Source: Macrostomum lignano
Taxonomy: Eukaryota
Length of the DNA stretch: 64,000 nucleotides
NCBI GenBank assembly: GCA_002269645.1
Contig: NIVC01000176.1
Coordinates: 124,001 to 188,000, forward strand
Reading direction: 5' to 3'
Shown one piece after another: positions 1 through 12,781 of the stretch (positions are counted from its first letter, which is position 1; every line of letters starts with the position of its first letter). Made by a program: the position numbers and the translations under genes. The notes under the pieces were generated by a model. The model was not told the origin of the DNA and searched no databases. It worked only from the letters and a program-made list of their open reading frames with translations.

Positions 1-1310
<1,310 letters not shown>

Positions 1311-1575
1311 TACACAACCATGGAAAAATACAATACAACAGAGTAAAGCTTTTGCAGGCTAAATAAAACAAATGGTAATTTTCACTGCCCAGATCGAATG
1401 CAATCGTTGATTTTGTAATGACAAATGATTTTTCCTATCTCAACAGTGTATTTTTTCCAGGAAAATGGCCTCCAGAAGTTATACGATATTTAAGTTTTAC
1501 GGCCTGGCCTTGCTGGCAGTTCTTACGAATGCACAGGTTTATAGTGGGCTGATGTAAACAGATTACTCTACTCAC

Positions 1576-2145
1576 CCATCCAGTAATTGCCGTTGGGATC
1601 TCCGAATCCTTTCACGTAGCCGTGCCAGTTCTGGGCGAACGAGAGGCTGTTGTCCAGGTGCCTCTGAAAGACCACCTCAGCGACAGGTGCAGGGCCTGAT
1701 GAAGAGCGGACGGCACCGAACTGAGTGGGAATGGGGCCCTGGAAGCCGAAGGGCGCGAACTGCACAGCCTGCTGGATGAAGAGCGGATGATTAGTGATTT
1801 TTTCCCAATGTTTATGCACCTGCGCAAGGTTCTGCACACGAAGACCAGTTTGCCGGAGGCTCCATCGCTGGACACTCGACCCAGCACGGTGGCGCCGAAG
1901 TCCTGTTTTTGCATTCCATGTTCAGGTATCACCTTCAGTCCGGTGACTTTCCGCTTCCCGTCAGGACTCTCCGTGGCGACCTCAGTGATGTTGAGATCCA
2001 GTTCGAGCTCGTACTTCTCGTAAAAGATGTTGTACATGATTACAGGCGGCTTCTTCAAGAAGTTCACCTGAAACTCTGCGGCAGAGGCGCACGGAACGAG
2101 CGACACGCACAGGACAAGGGAGAGCAGCACGCAGCGGTGTTGCAT
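1576..2145 (-). pseudogene. Exon 1 of a duplicated secreted fibrinogen-related (FReD) gene with a 1-nt frameshift
   Basis: Near-identical to 14026-14596, with the same GT donor at 1575. A 1-nt deletion in the T/C run near 1798-1808 splits the ORF (1612-2145 and 1568-1837). Exon 2 is not in the window. The frameshift could be an assembly error. Confidence 0.7.
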
Positions 2146-2704
2146 GGCTACCGGAGTTAAAAATCAGTTAAGCGCTTCAAACCTTGGAGACCGGATTCGG
2201 AATGTCTGAAGAACGCTTGCTGAGTATTAAGTCTGCTTAAGTCTACGCTTTGAGTGAGAGTGGCTTGCGGCTCACTTTTATGCGCATGAAATTTTAATGT
2301 AACAAAATTTTTTTGCGAGGTGTACATGTAAATTTACGTTTTTCAAATAGTTTATATTTTTATAAAAAAATTAAACCCACATGCAAAGGCAGGCCCATAA
2401 AAGAGAAAGCAAGCGAATTCCTGCAGCTGAAATGTTTTTGAAACATTTGGAAGCAAGCAAGTGGAAAGCAAGGACGACCTAACAGTAGGAATGCCGAGCC
2501 ATTTTTCCTCCCGTCGAACTACTAAGGGTGGAATTTAAAATTTTCAATTCTTGGCTGAGATGTCTCAATATTCTTCAGAGGGAAAATTAATTCCAAAGGA
2601 TAGAGCTAGAGAACAGAACGAAAATCCAGGACGAAAAAGCATCTTTAGCTAAGAAAGTCCTGCACATTCAGGTATACTACATGCAATGTCACTACTAAAA
2701 TTCT

Positions 2705-4625
2705 TGATGGCGCTGAAAGCAGTCTCCTCAGCCGCGGCCACGGCGCATCCTTTCTGGTCAGGTCTCGCAGAGGGTTTGGCCATGTCTGACAGAGCTGGGA
2801 TAAAGCGACTGACAAAAGCCACAAGGCCGATATGCTCTCGTCTGTCGGTTGGATGCTCTTCTCGGACAGGCGCATAGTGAGAAACTTGGCCTCCTTGACG
2901 GTGAACTTGCACTTTGCAGGATTTAAGGTTGTGCTCAATGATGGAGCTTGCATATAGATGATTATGTCGTCATGTACCCAGCGGACTCCTGGAAGCCCAC
3001 CTAGCACGCTGGTCATGACTTGTTGTAGAATCTCAGACGCTGAGGTAAAGCCCATGCTCAGACGCGTCAGTCTCATGAGACCCTTCGGCGTCGAAAATGT
3101 CAGCAAATGGCGCGAGTCTTCTCGGACAACAACTATTCGTGCCACCCATTCGGACGGTCCAGTCACTTTCTCGATTATTCCAGCTTGCAGTTGATCGTCG
3201 AGCTCACGCTACGCAGCCTCCCGCAGATGCACGGGGATGCGACTTGGCGGATGGCAGACCGGTACGGCTCCGTCTTGCAGGTGGATGCCGACTTCAACGT
3301 CCTTGACGAACCCGATTGCCACAAATCGCTGCCTGTGGGTCTTGATGATATTGCTGAGGCGCTCGTGCTGTGGCATTTCCTGATCGTCTGCATCCGTCGC
3401 TGCGGCCGCCAATGCAGCGCTGAGTGGCTCCTGGAGCTCACCAGAGTCTTTCAGATGACAGACGCTGGGATTGCTTAGCCTGATGCGTAGGATTCCCAGC
3501 TTCTCGCTGGTTTTGCGGCCCACGATCGTCGTACCCGTCTCCTTGACGATGATGTAGCTAATGCGGGCGCTGACGTCATAAACGGCGGTCCGGAGGGTCG
3601 CTTTGCCAAGAGTGGTGAGGGGTTCACTGGAGCCGAACGGGAAGACCCGCTGCTTTAACTTGCGAAGGTTGTCTGCCGTGCCTCCGATAGCCTTGAATGT
3701 CTATGAGTCCATTAGATTGCTGCTGGCGCCGCTGTCGATTAGCAGGTCTGTGGCGTGGCCGCTGATGTCTGCTTTAACGAGCGGCAGTCGCTTACGCTGT
3801 GGCGTCAGACAGAACACCTCGCAGCTGCTGTTGCTGTCTCGCTGTTGCTGATCACTCGGCTGCTCCTCGGCAATGGCATGCACCTTTCTGGAGCTCGCGG
3901 GTTCGGACAAGCACGCTTTTGCCAGGTGGCCGACCTTGTTGCAGTTCCGACACGTCTTTCCTCTAGCCGCCTCGCACGTTCGGTGGCCCGACTCTCCACA
4001 GCGGATGCACTTTGTTCTGGTTCTCTCCGGTCGGTCTGACGTCTCGATACGCCGCATTGCCTTCACAGACTCGCTCTTCCGCGCTTCGATGACTGCGGAT
4101 TGAAGGTCGGCCGCCTCGAATGCCCTGGCCTGCTGCAGCGCTTCTTTGAGCTGAATATTGGGTGTCTGCAGCAACCTGCGCCAGAGGTGGTCTGACTGGC
4201 AGCCGGCGACAATTTGGTCTCGGATGATGAGATCCTGCTGAGTCTCGAATTCACATCCTTCTGCAGCCTTGAACAGCCGTTGCAACCAGGCGTTGATGGC
4301 TTCGCCGGGCTGCTGCGTGCAGTGCCGGAATTCCTATCGCTCGAATACCGGGTTGTTCCTGCTCTTGAAGTGCTCTGTGAAGGCGTCCGGGAGCTCTTCG
4401 ATGGTTTTGCCAGGCCGCGTGAGTTCTGCGTACGCCCCAGCCACCTGTTTGCTGCCAAAAAAAGAATTTCTAGTTGTTGACTTGCATCTGTTATGCCGTT
4501 TGCAGTCACAAAGCACTTGAATCGGTTGACCCATTCTGCCCACCGTGCTGAGAGGTTGTTTGGCTCTTTCTGCGTATCGAAAGGCTCTGGTGGGGGCAGT
4601 TGTAGAGGCACAGACAATATTGCTA
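2705..4625 (-). mobile_element. Degraded Ty3/Gypsy internal fragment (gag, protease, partial RT), no LTRs recognised
   Basis: Gag N-terminus PEPFD...WAEWVNRF; zinc knuckles CIRCGESGHRTC and CRNCNKVGHLAKAC; protease LIDSGAS; RT pieces TFSTPKGLMRLTRLSMG and VHDDIII. Many frameshifts. The left end abuts the duplicated FReD upstream sequence at about 2704. Confidence 0.85.
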
Positions 4626-4829
4626 GCGATGCCAATGTAGATTTCCTTTTAGAAGTAAAAATACGCTTGGCCACTGCGCGGCCTTGAGCGCCAATATATA
4701 TATTTAGAAATCGATATTTGCGTTGGCTGGAGTTGCGCCTGGTAAACAAAAAGCGTGCAAGCTGATTGGCTGCAGAGTGGCGGGGGCAGGCATTGTACAT
4801 TTGAGGGTCAGAGAGTTGAACAATGTACG

Positions 4830-5015
4830 GCCAACAGGGCGTTAAACAGCAAGTCATCTATTGAAGTGAAGTCGTCGTTCGAGTGCTTATTGAGAGGTTT
4901 AAAGCGGCAACCGGGTACTGTTCGAACTGATCAGTGGAAAGAGTTTATCGGCTCTACTTTTCACCAATGCTGTATGGAAAGGGGAATTCTGGCATGCCCA
5001 ACCAACAGTGAGCAG
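4830..5015 (+). mobile_element. Short fragment of an RVE integrase resembling Polinton/Maverick-type integrases
   Basis: Translation RALNSKSSIEVKSSFECLLRGLKRQPGTVRTDQWKEFIGSTFHQCCMERGILACPTNSE matches the recalled pattern (PLKSK..EV..AF...P..LRTDxGKEF....F...L...GI...TNSE). Confidence 0.5.
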
Positions 5016-5483
5016 AATGTGGCGCTACTTAATTCACAAATTAATTACAAAATAAGGACCTCTGTAGTAACAGGACGTAAAACTCAAAGATCGTATAGTT
5101 TTTTAGTCCAATTTCCACGAAAAACACACTGCAGAGATATAAAAAATAACAAAATCAATTCATGATTGTACTTGATCTGGGCAGTAAACGTTACCATTAC
5201 TTTAATATAGCATCGCAGAATTCTACTCAGTTTCATTTTATATTTAAAAAGTGAGTTCTTGTTGTATACAGGTAATCTTAGCCTTAAGCTAGGCCTGGCT
5301 AAAAAATTGATAGCTTTCCGAAGACTAGGTAAAAAATAATATGAACAATAATATTGGTAAAAATTGTCTATGTTTAATTTTTTAAAGAGGTCTAGGAATA
5401 GCTACTAATATGCACCTTATCTGGAACATCTAAAATAATGGGCTCGACGCGCTGCAGGGGATGGGGAAGTGCACGTCCAAGAG

Positions 5484-5630
<147 letters not shown>

Positions 5631-6219
5631 ATGGTGCACATCTTTCGGGGACTTGCATAGAAATACTTTTACTACTTTGATTATTTGGATATGTATTCGG
5701 CTCATACAGTCATACTCGGTGATTTCGCACTCTGCTCCTCAGCTTCTATTCCATGCCATGCGGCAGGCGCACAATCTGCTCTCAACACTTCATGCCACGA
5801 TCAAGGCAAAATGAGAATATCGCCAGAAACGGACGCAGATTTGAATATCTGGCCCTGAACTTGCCACTAATATTCATAGTTCGGTTAATTTTTAAGGCGA
5901 GATGGATTAAGAATGGATACTAGTAAACAGTGAGCAATGGGGGTGGGGCGCAGCGGAGAAAACGATTTATGATAAATAATAGTCGGGAAAACCCTGGGGA
6001 GATAAGTGGTCATAAAACTGTCATACGCTGGGCGTAAATTATTTCCAGACGGAGAAGCAGCGCTTCAGCACACTCGTACACTACGATATGTTACAGGTCA
6101 AGAACGCATGGGCATGGCCCCATTGAAATAGGTCGGTTCAGAGTTTTCTGAGCCCTCAGCTTAAATATGCCAAGGCTTAAATTAGGACTCTGTTGGCACC
6201 CTCGGACAGGGGGGGGGGG

Positions 6220-6378
6220 CATCACAAACCCTAAATATCGTAACCTCTAAATATCACATTATTTTAAATCTTACAAGACACATCACAAACCACAATAAGG
6301 TAATTTGTGATGGGGACTGCGTTTTGAAATTTAGAGAATGTGATATTTAGGAGTTATGATATTTAGGGTTTATGATGT
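6220..6378. repeat. About 41-bp inverted repeat pair (possible MITE or hairpin)
   Basis: CATCACAAACCCTAAATATCGTAACCTCTAAATATCACATT at 6220 is an imperfect reverse complement of AATGTGATATTTAGGAGTTATGATATTTAGGGTTTATGATG ending at 6378. Confidence 0.55.
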
Positions 6379-6793
6379 AGGTTGCTTTTAGAGAATGTGA
6401 TTTTTAGGGTTTGTGAAAGCGCCCAAACTGCTGCGGCTATAGCCAAGCCGAACCATAAACAAAATGATTTGCTTCCGAGCGCATCGTACGCTTTAGCGAT
6501 CTACGCGTAACGAGAGCAAGCCAGGCTTGCAGAAATAAATCAATAAAAAAGAAAGAGACGAAGATCGGCTGGTTAATTTAACATTTAAGTTCCAGACTTG
6601 TTCCTTTAATTTGTCACAAAAAAACAGAAGACACAACACAAACACACACATTACGACAAAAACTATTAATCGTGCAACCACGCAAGACGCAAGGGATGAA
6701 CTATGATTACATACCATTGCGTATAAACAATGAATAATGACACCAAATATGGTAAACAGTGTCTTCACTCGTATTGTATTCGCTGAATAAAAG

Positions 6794-9470
6794 TGTTGTG
6801 TATTGCAAAGGTATGCAATGCGTAGGGATAGTTCGGGGACAGCGTTTCTAGAAACTTCCACCGCGGACTTGTTTACGCATAGTTCCAGAAGTTTCCTTTC
6901 CCGGTCTTTCTAAAACTTTCCTTCCCCGCGTGCATAAATATACGAGCCGCCCTCCTATTGGCCAAGCCCTCTCTTTTGGTGCCACTGAGCGCCCGGATAA
7001 TTATCTATCTTGTTTCTGCGTTCGTTAATTCAACAACAGAACATTGGCGACGAGGATGGCGGCTAGCATCCCTGCACCCACGCCCTTCCTGGCGAACTGC
7101 GGATCACCGACAGTACCATGGAGCCGATGGATTGAGGCCTTTGAATTTTATTACGAGGCGGCCCAATTCAAGGAGCCCGAAGGGAAGGAAGAGGCGAAAC
7201 CGCTGAAGAAGAGCCTTCTGCTCCATCTGCTTGGATTCGAAGGTCAGCGGGTTGCTCGAGCACGCCAAGCAATCAAGGAGAACGACACGTTCGCAGCAAC
7301 TAAGGCGGAGCTCGAGAAGATTTTCGGCGAGAAGCCCAACGTGATGGTGGCCAGATATCGCTTCCGCCAGCGCCAGCAGCTACCTGGCGAGGACGTCAAG
7401 ACCTTCGTGGCAGCCCTGAGGGAGCTGACGGAGCTGTGCAACTACGGCGCGATACAGGACGATCTCATCAGAGACCAGCTGGCTGAGAAGACCAGTAACC
7501 CCAGAATCCGAGAGAGGCTGCTGACGGAGAAGGTGGAGGACCTCAACCTGGCGAAAGCGCTCAGCATCGCGGTCTCCATCGAGGAAGCCTCCAAAGAAGC
7601 CAAGGCGATGGCGCCATCAACGTCTAGCACGGCGGCTGCCGTCCAATCGATCCGACAGCCGAGGGGCCAGAAGGTCGCTGCAAAAGGGAGGCACCGCCCA
7701 GCACCAGCTGGCAGGACAGCAAAACCCGGCGGCGCCTGCACACGCTGTGGGCGAGACCACGGACCGACGACCCCCTGTCCGGCCAAGGGCAAGACATGCG
7801 ACGCCTGTGGCAAGAAGAATCACTTCTGCAGTTGCTGTCGCAGCAAGCAGGCTGCTGTCAATGCCGCGGACGAGGTGATCACAGTCTACGCAGTGCCAGG
7901 TGGCGACAGGGAGGTCCGGGCGACGCTGGAACTCGGACCGGACAGGACAGCTGTCAGCCTGTCCGGTGGACTGCGGCGCAAGGGTGTCGCTGCTGTCCCG
8001 ACAGACCGCCGACCGGATCTCAGGTGCAGTCACCTCTCCCACTACGACGAAGCTGCGTGTCTACGGCGGACTGCCGATCCAGCTAAGTGGTGTCACCGAG
8101 CTGGAGGTGCGCTACGGCGACAAGGCGATGCAGCACCGGTTCTTCGTTGCGCCAGGCGGCGACAACATCGTCGGTAGAGACCTGATGGAGAAGCTGGGTT
8201 TCCGAGTCGACCTTAGCGGGCAGCCACCCGGAATCGCGAAAGTCAGCGACCTGACGGCGGACTTGCAGGCGCGGTACCCAACGACCTTCAGCGGTGCGAT
8301 AGGATGCTGCGCCGGCGCTGTACACCAGCCCAAGGTCGACCCAGCAGTGCGACCCGTCCAGCAGCCACTCTGTCGCCTGCCCCTCATGCGACAGGAGCAG
8401 GTCGGTGCCGAACTCGACAAGATAGAGAAGGACGGCATCATCGAGCGAGTTCTCGGACTTCCTGGCCGAGCAGGGCATCCGGCACGTCAAGACCAGCCTC
8501 TACCATCCGCAGACCAACGGCCAGACGGAGCGTCTCAATCGGTCGCTGCTCGCCAGCATCAGAGCGGCCATGGTGGAGAACAGGCCGTTTCAAGACGCCG
8601 TGACCAACTTCTTGTCTGCCTACCGGAGCTCCAAGCACAGCCTGACGGGCAAGTCACCGGCCGAGCTCATGCTGGGTCGGAAATGGCGCACCGCGATCAC
8701 CATGCTGTCTCCCGGAGGGGGAATGACAACGACCGAGGCGACGCCTCAGGCACTGCGGCAGCAAATCGAGGCGCGGCAGCAGCAGATCAAGGCCTACACC
8801 GATGCCAGACGAAGGGCCCGCCCCGAGACGTTCCACCCCGGCGAGTGGGTGAGAATCCGACGGCCCACCAAGAAGGGCAAGCTGGGTACCCGCCTCTCAC
8901 AGCCACTAGAAGTGCTCCGCCAGGTGGGACACCACGCGTTCGAGCTCAGCGACGGCACCAGGTGGAACCAGCAGCGGCTGACCCGAACGCCGCACTTGGC
9001 GCAGCCGAGAGAGCGGTTCGACCCACTGGTGGACTCGGCGCCAACGACCGGAGCCGGCACGGCGGCACCGGCGGCACCGGCGGCGGAGCCTCCGGCAAGA
9101 ACAGCAGCGCCCCGCCGATCTGAGCGAGCCAGGCACCCGCCGATACGCTACATGAACTGCCGCTGGGACCGATCAAAGTGAAGCTTGGGGACTGTTGGAC
9201 TCCTTGAAGGAGGGGAAGGATGTTGTGTATTGCAAAGGCATGCAATGCGTAGGGATAGTTCGGGGACAGCGTTTCTAGAAACTTCCACCGCGGACTTGTT
9301 TACGCATAGTTCCAGAAGTTTCCTTTCCCGGTCTTTCTAAAACTTTCCTTCCCCGCGTGCATAAATATACGAGCCGCCCTCCTATTGGCCAAGCCCTCTC
9401 TTTTGGTGCCACTGAGCGCCCGGATAATTATCTATCTTGTTTCTGCGTTCGTTAATTCAACAACAGAACA
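6794..9470 (+). mobile_element. Ty3/Gypsy (Mag-like) LTR retrotransposon, internally deleted, with both LTRs and TSD
   Basis: 250-bp LTRs at 6794-7043 and 9221-9470 (TG...CA, one mismatch seen). TSD AAAAG on both sides. PBS TGGCGACGAGGATGG at 7045-7059 (complementary to the tRNA-Ser(GCU) 3' end as recalled). PPT GAAGGAGGGGAAGGA at 9206-9220. Gag from ATG 7056 with two CCHC knuckles, protease VDCGA, then the RT start joined directly to the integrase C-terminal half. Confidence 0.95.
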
Positions 9471-9799
9471 AAAAGGTCCAATTTCAAAGAATTGACATCT
9501 TCACTCCATCAAACTAAAATGGAATGACCTTGTTTTTGTAAAATTGACCAATAAATACCAGCGCTACGAAAAGTCAAGACGGCATTGTACAAAAATACTG
9601 TAAAAAACGTTTGCTAAAACTTCAGATCGAAGGCTGTGTTTTGGAGAATTTCAAGCTCAAAGTCTGAGCCACATCCATAAAACTAAACCAGGCAAATGAA
9701 ATTATATCAGAGAGATACTCCAAGTTGTGTAGATCTTCAAAATTTTAACTAATTAATTAGCTTTAGCTCAAGTCTTGAAAACTATCCAGTTGATGCTCC

Positions 9800-10380
9800 T
9801 GTAACGATGTCGTTATGCTATAATATTTTTAGTTTCTATCCGTTTTTTATTGTACTTAAATAGATTTTTTGTAATTAATATGGGATTTGGGGGAAAGCCG
9901 TTTAATGTTTAGTGCTAGGAAAAATTCTGTCTATTATTTTATCTACTGTTCTATTATTCTGGTTACCACTTTTTGCAGCAGGTTTGGAGGTTTTAGTGGG
10001 TCAGTTTTGGCGCGGTTTTGAGTGCGGGAGTTTCGTGTTTTTTGGTGTAGCTAGGCTCTTCCTCTCCCTCCTCGCGCTCGTCGTGCCTCGTTGCCGTGTT
10101 CCAGTGATACCAGACAAGACTACGAGCTATTTCCCCTTTAGGCTATAGAGCCAACCCAAACCGAATTAAACATTGGATTATATTTAGTATATTGAACTTA
10201 GTAACTCAACTGCCGCCAAGACTGTACCCTAGTAACTTTATTATGTTATATTTTTATTTGTCAAGTACGAGTACTACAATCAAATAAATAACCTGGAATA
10301 ATTATTAATAAATTTAATAGTTAAATTAAGCTACAATTATTTTCTTTTATTATTTGAACTGCACTGAGTGCTCCGCTACA
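9800..10380. mobile_element. Solo LTR (581 bp) with 4-bp TSD
   Basis: Starts TGTAACG and ends GCTACA, with CTCC directly on both sides. Contains AATAAA motifs and no coding capacity. Confidence 0.65.
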
Positions 10381-12781
10381 CTCCCTAAAGCGCGCTGGAC
10401 TCGTCCATTTCTGGATCCTTTTTGGACATCAAATTCGATCAAAAGTAAATGAACTCCTACCTCCACTTATATTGTAAAGTAAATACGAGCTAATTTGGAA
10501 AAACTTTTAAATTCATAGTCTTTTCTAAATAAAACGAATTTCAAATATAAAAAGAAACATTTTTCTCTTAAGACGAAGTTCAAAATGTGATATTGATATT
10601 GTTTTACAATCAATGGTGGTCATTATTATTAGAATACATTTTAACTAAAAAACTTTTTTGAAGGTGCCGATCGCGTCGGGGTGATGACGAAATGCTTGAG
10701 AGGCCATGCAGCTGAGGGTGTCCAGCAGTCGAGGCTCGACCAGCAAAACTCGAGAAATTCGCAAAAGGTTGTCCATAGTCGCCTGTTGCTACCTGCTGAA
10801 GGTCCAGAAGCTACGCCTGAGTAAAGCCCAGTGAAAAACGAAGCCAGATCTGATGCAGACACATGTCGTCGACGTGCTGATGAAATTTGGAGGCTTGGCA
10901 AGGCTGCACTGAGACGCAGTGCTGACTGGCGCACAGGGGTGCAGTGAATACAATGGAGCTTGTAGGAAACAGCCGACCAGGCAGAATCGTTGAATAAATA
11001 TCTCAACGGTCCGGAGAGCTGGCGATTTGATTCTTGTTTGAGAAGGTGTGCAACAAAAATTTAGTCCGCGCTCTTGGATTTCGTGTGCTTGTGTTGCTTT
11101 GTTTCGGCTCAGCGGAACCTGTTGGTTCTGCAGGAGCAGACTGTGCTGGGGCAAGACATGGTGGAAAGGCGGGAAGTCGCACCCAACCCAGGGCCAGACC
11201 TCCTGGCACCGAACAAGTACATGAGGCTCTGCTGAGCCAGACCGTGCTAACAGCAGAACAAAATGGCAAGAAGAGCCATCGAGATCGCCGCCCCGTAGGA
11301 GTCATCGTGAGCTGCCTCTCTACGCTTCTTTAGGGTGCGACGCGGGTTTGGGAACGGAGCGAAATTTTGTTCTGAGAACGGATCAGTCAGGCAGGGGGAC
11401 CGGGGTGCCTCGGCAGGATAATAGTTAGAAATCTGAATTTTTACTCTAAGTTAGAAGATAGGTAGAAATTTATGAAAGGCCCAGGCGGCGCAGCAAAGAG
11501 TGAGACAGAAAAGCACAATGGAACCCCTAGATAGCTATTAGAAGGGCAAACAGAAAAGAAGCAGCATTAAGGCAATTAATCAAGCCAAATAATAAGGACC
11601 GATTCTAATTAAGCCCCTCCCATTCCAGTGAGCAGCAACACCCCGCCGCAGGCACAACGGCACTCAAACTGGCCGGAGAAGTAAATCAAGTAGCAGCCCG
11701 ACTTAGGGAACAACGCAGCACGCGGCACGCGGAAGGAAAACGTGCGGCCCACCCACGGACTCCAATCCAATCTGAAGAGGCCTAAGAAGGCGAGATCAAC
11801 CCCAAAAGCTTGACATTCGAGAGAGAGAGAGGATTGTTTAATCATCCATGGACAGAGTCAAGAGACGGAAAAAATGCTCTTTTTCTATAATCTTTCTATC
11901 CCAAATTTTATCCAACTCAACACAGATTTGCGAAACCCCGAATAATATCTAACCCTCACACTTAGCAACCTACTAAAACTAACCGAATTCATGTACAACT
12001 AGGGAACTGAGTCCCAGATTGTTATTGCTTAAAACGCCCCGCCGTTGCTAACCACGCGAAGACACCCCACCGGCGGCGGGGGAGATAAAAATGCTAATTA
12101 GTATAAATAGACGCTCATCTCAAACTGGAGCGGCGCTTCGTTTTTTCTTGCGCAGTTTTCGATCTCGAATTGCTCCCTTTGAATTAGTCTCTGGATTATC
12201 CAGTTGGCACAAATCCAAGTCTTCAATATAATTATTTGTCTTAATTGTCGCGCAGAGCAATCCCAGAAAGAGTCAAACTCAGCTTAGATACTAGGAGATC
12301 CCGTCAGTTTATACGGTTTTCTCTGACGGCCTGATTGGAGAGATTAGAGCTGTAAGAACCTTAGACCGCTAGACATCTATCTTAAGAAAGTGAGAACACA
12401 AACTCAAAGGCCCCAGAGACAACGCGTATAGGCAGCTGTTGATGCATTCCAGCTACACAGAAGCAGCGCTATCTGTGTCATCGACTTCTCCATATTTTAT
12501 CCACTCTCACTCTACATTTGCACTTTAACACTTCTGTGTCGATTGTTCTGCACCCCTTGCGCACTCCACCCCTTCAATATCCCAATAACATTCAGAGAGC
12601 CAGTCGAATATTAATCAACGCTGCTGCAACAGTCTGCATCGCGCATTTATTTACTGAGGTCACAAAGCCTCAGCTCAAACTCAACTGCTCATTTGAGTCT
12701 CAGTTAATTGAATTAATTAGGTGAAAGTTAATCAGTTGCAGACTGCTCAGTCCCCTCAGAAGCCGGTCCAGCAGGTTTGTC

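Noticed and set aside
7930-7975. Programmed gag-pol frameshift in the 6794-9470 element
   Set aside because: The related element at 15576-21062 reads through the same position in one frame (VSLMVNCGA) and no slippery heptamer is visible; a 1-nt insertion or sequencing error is more likely.
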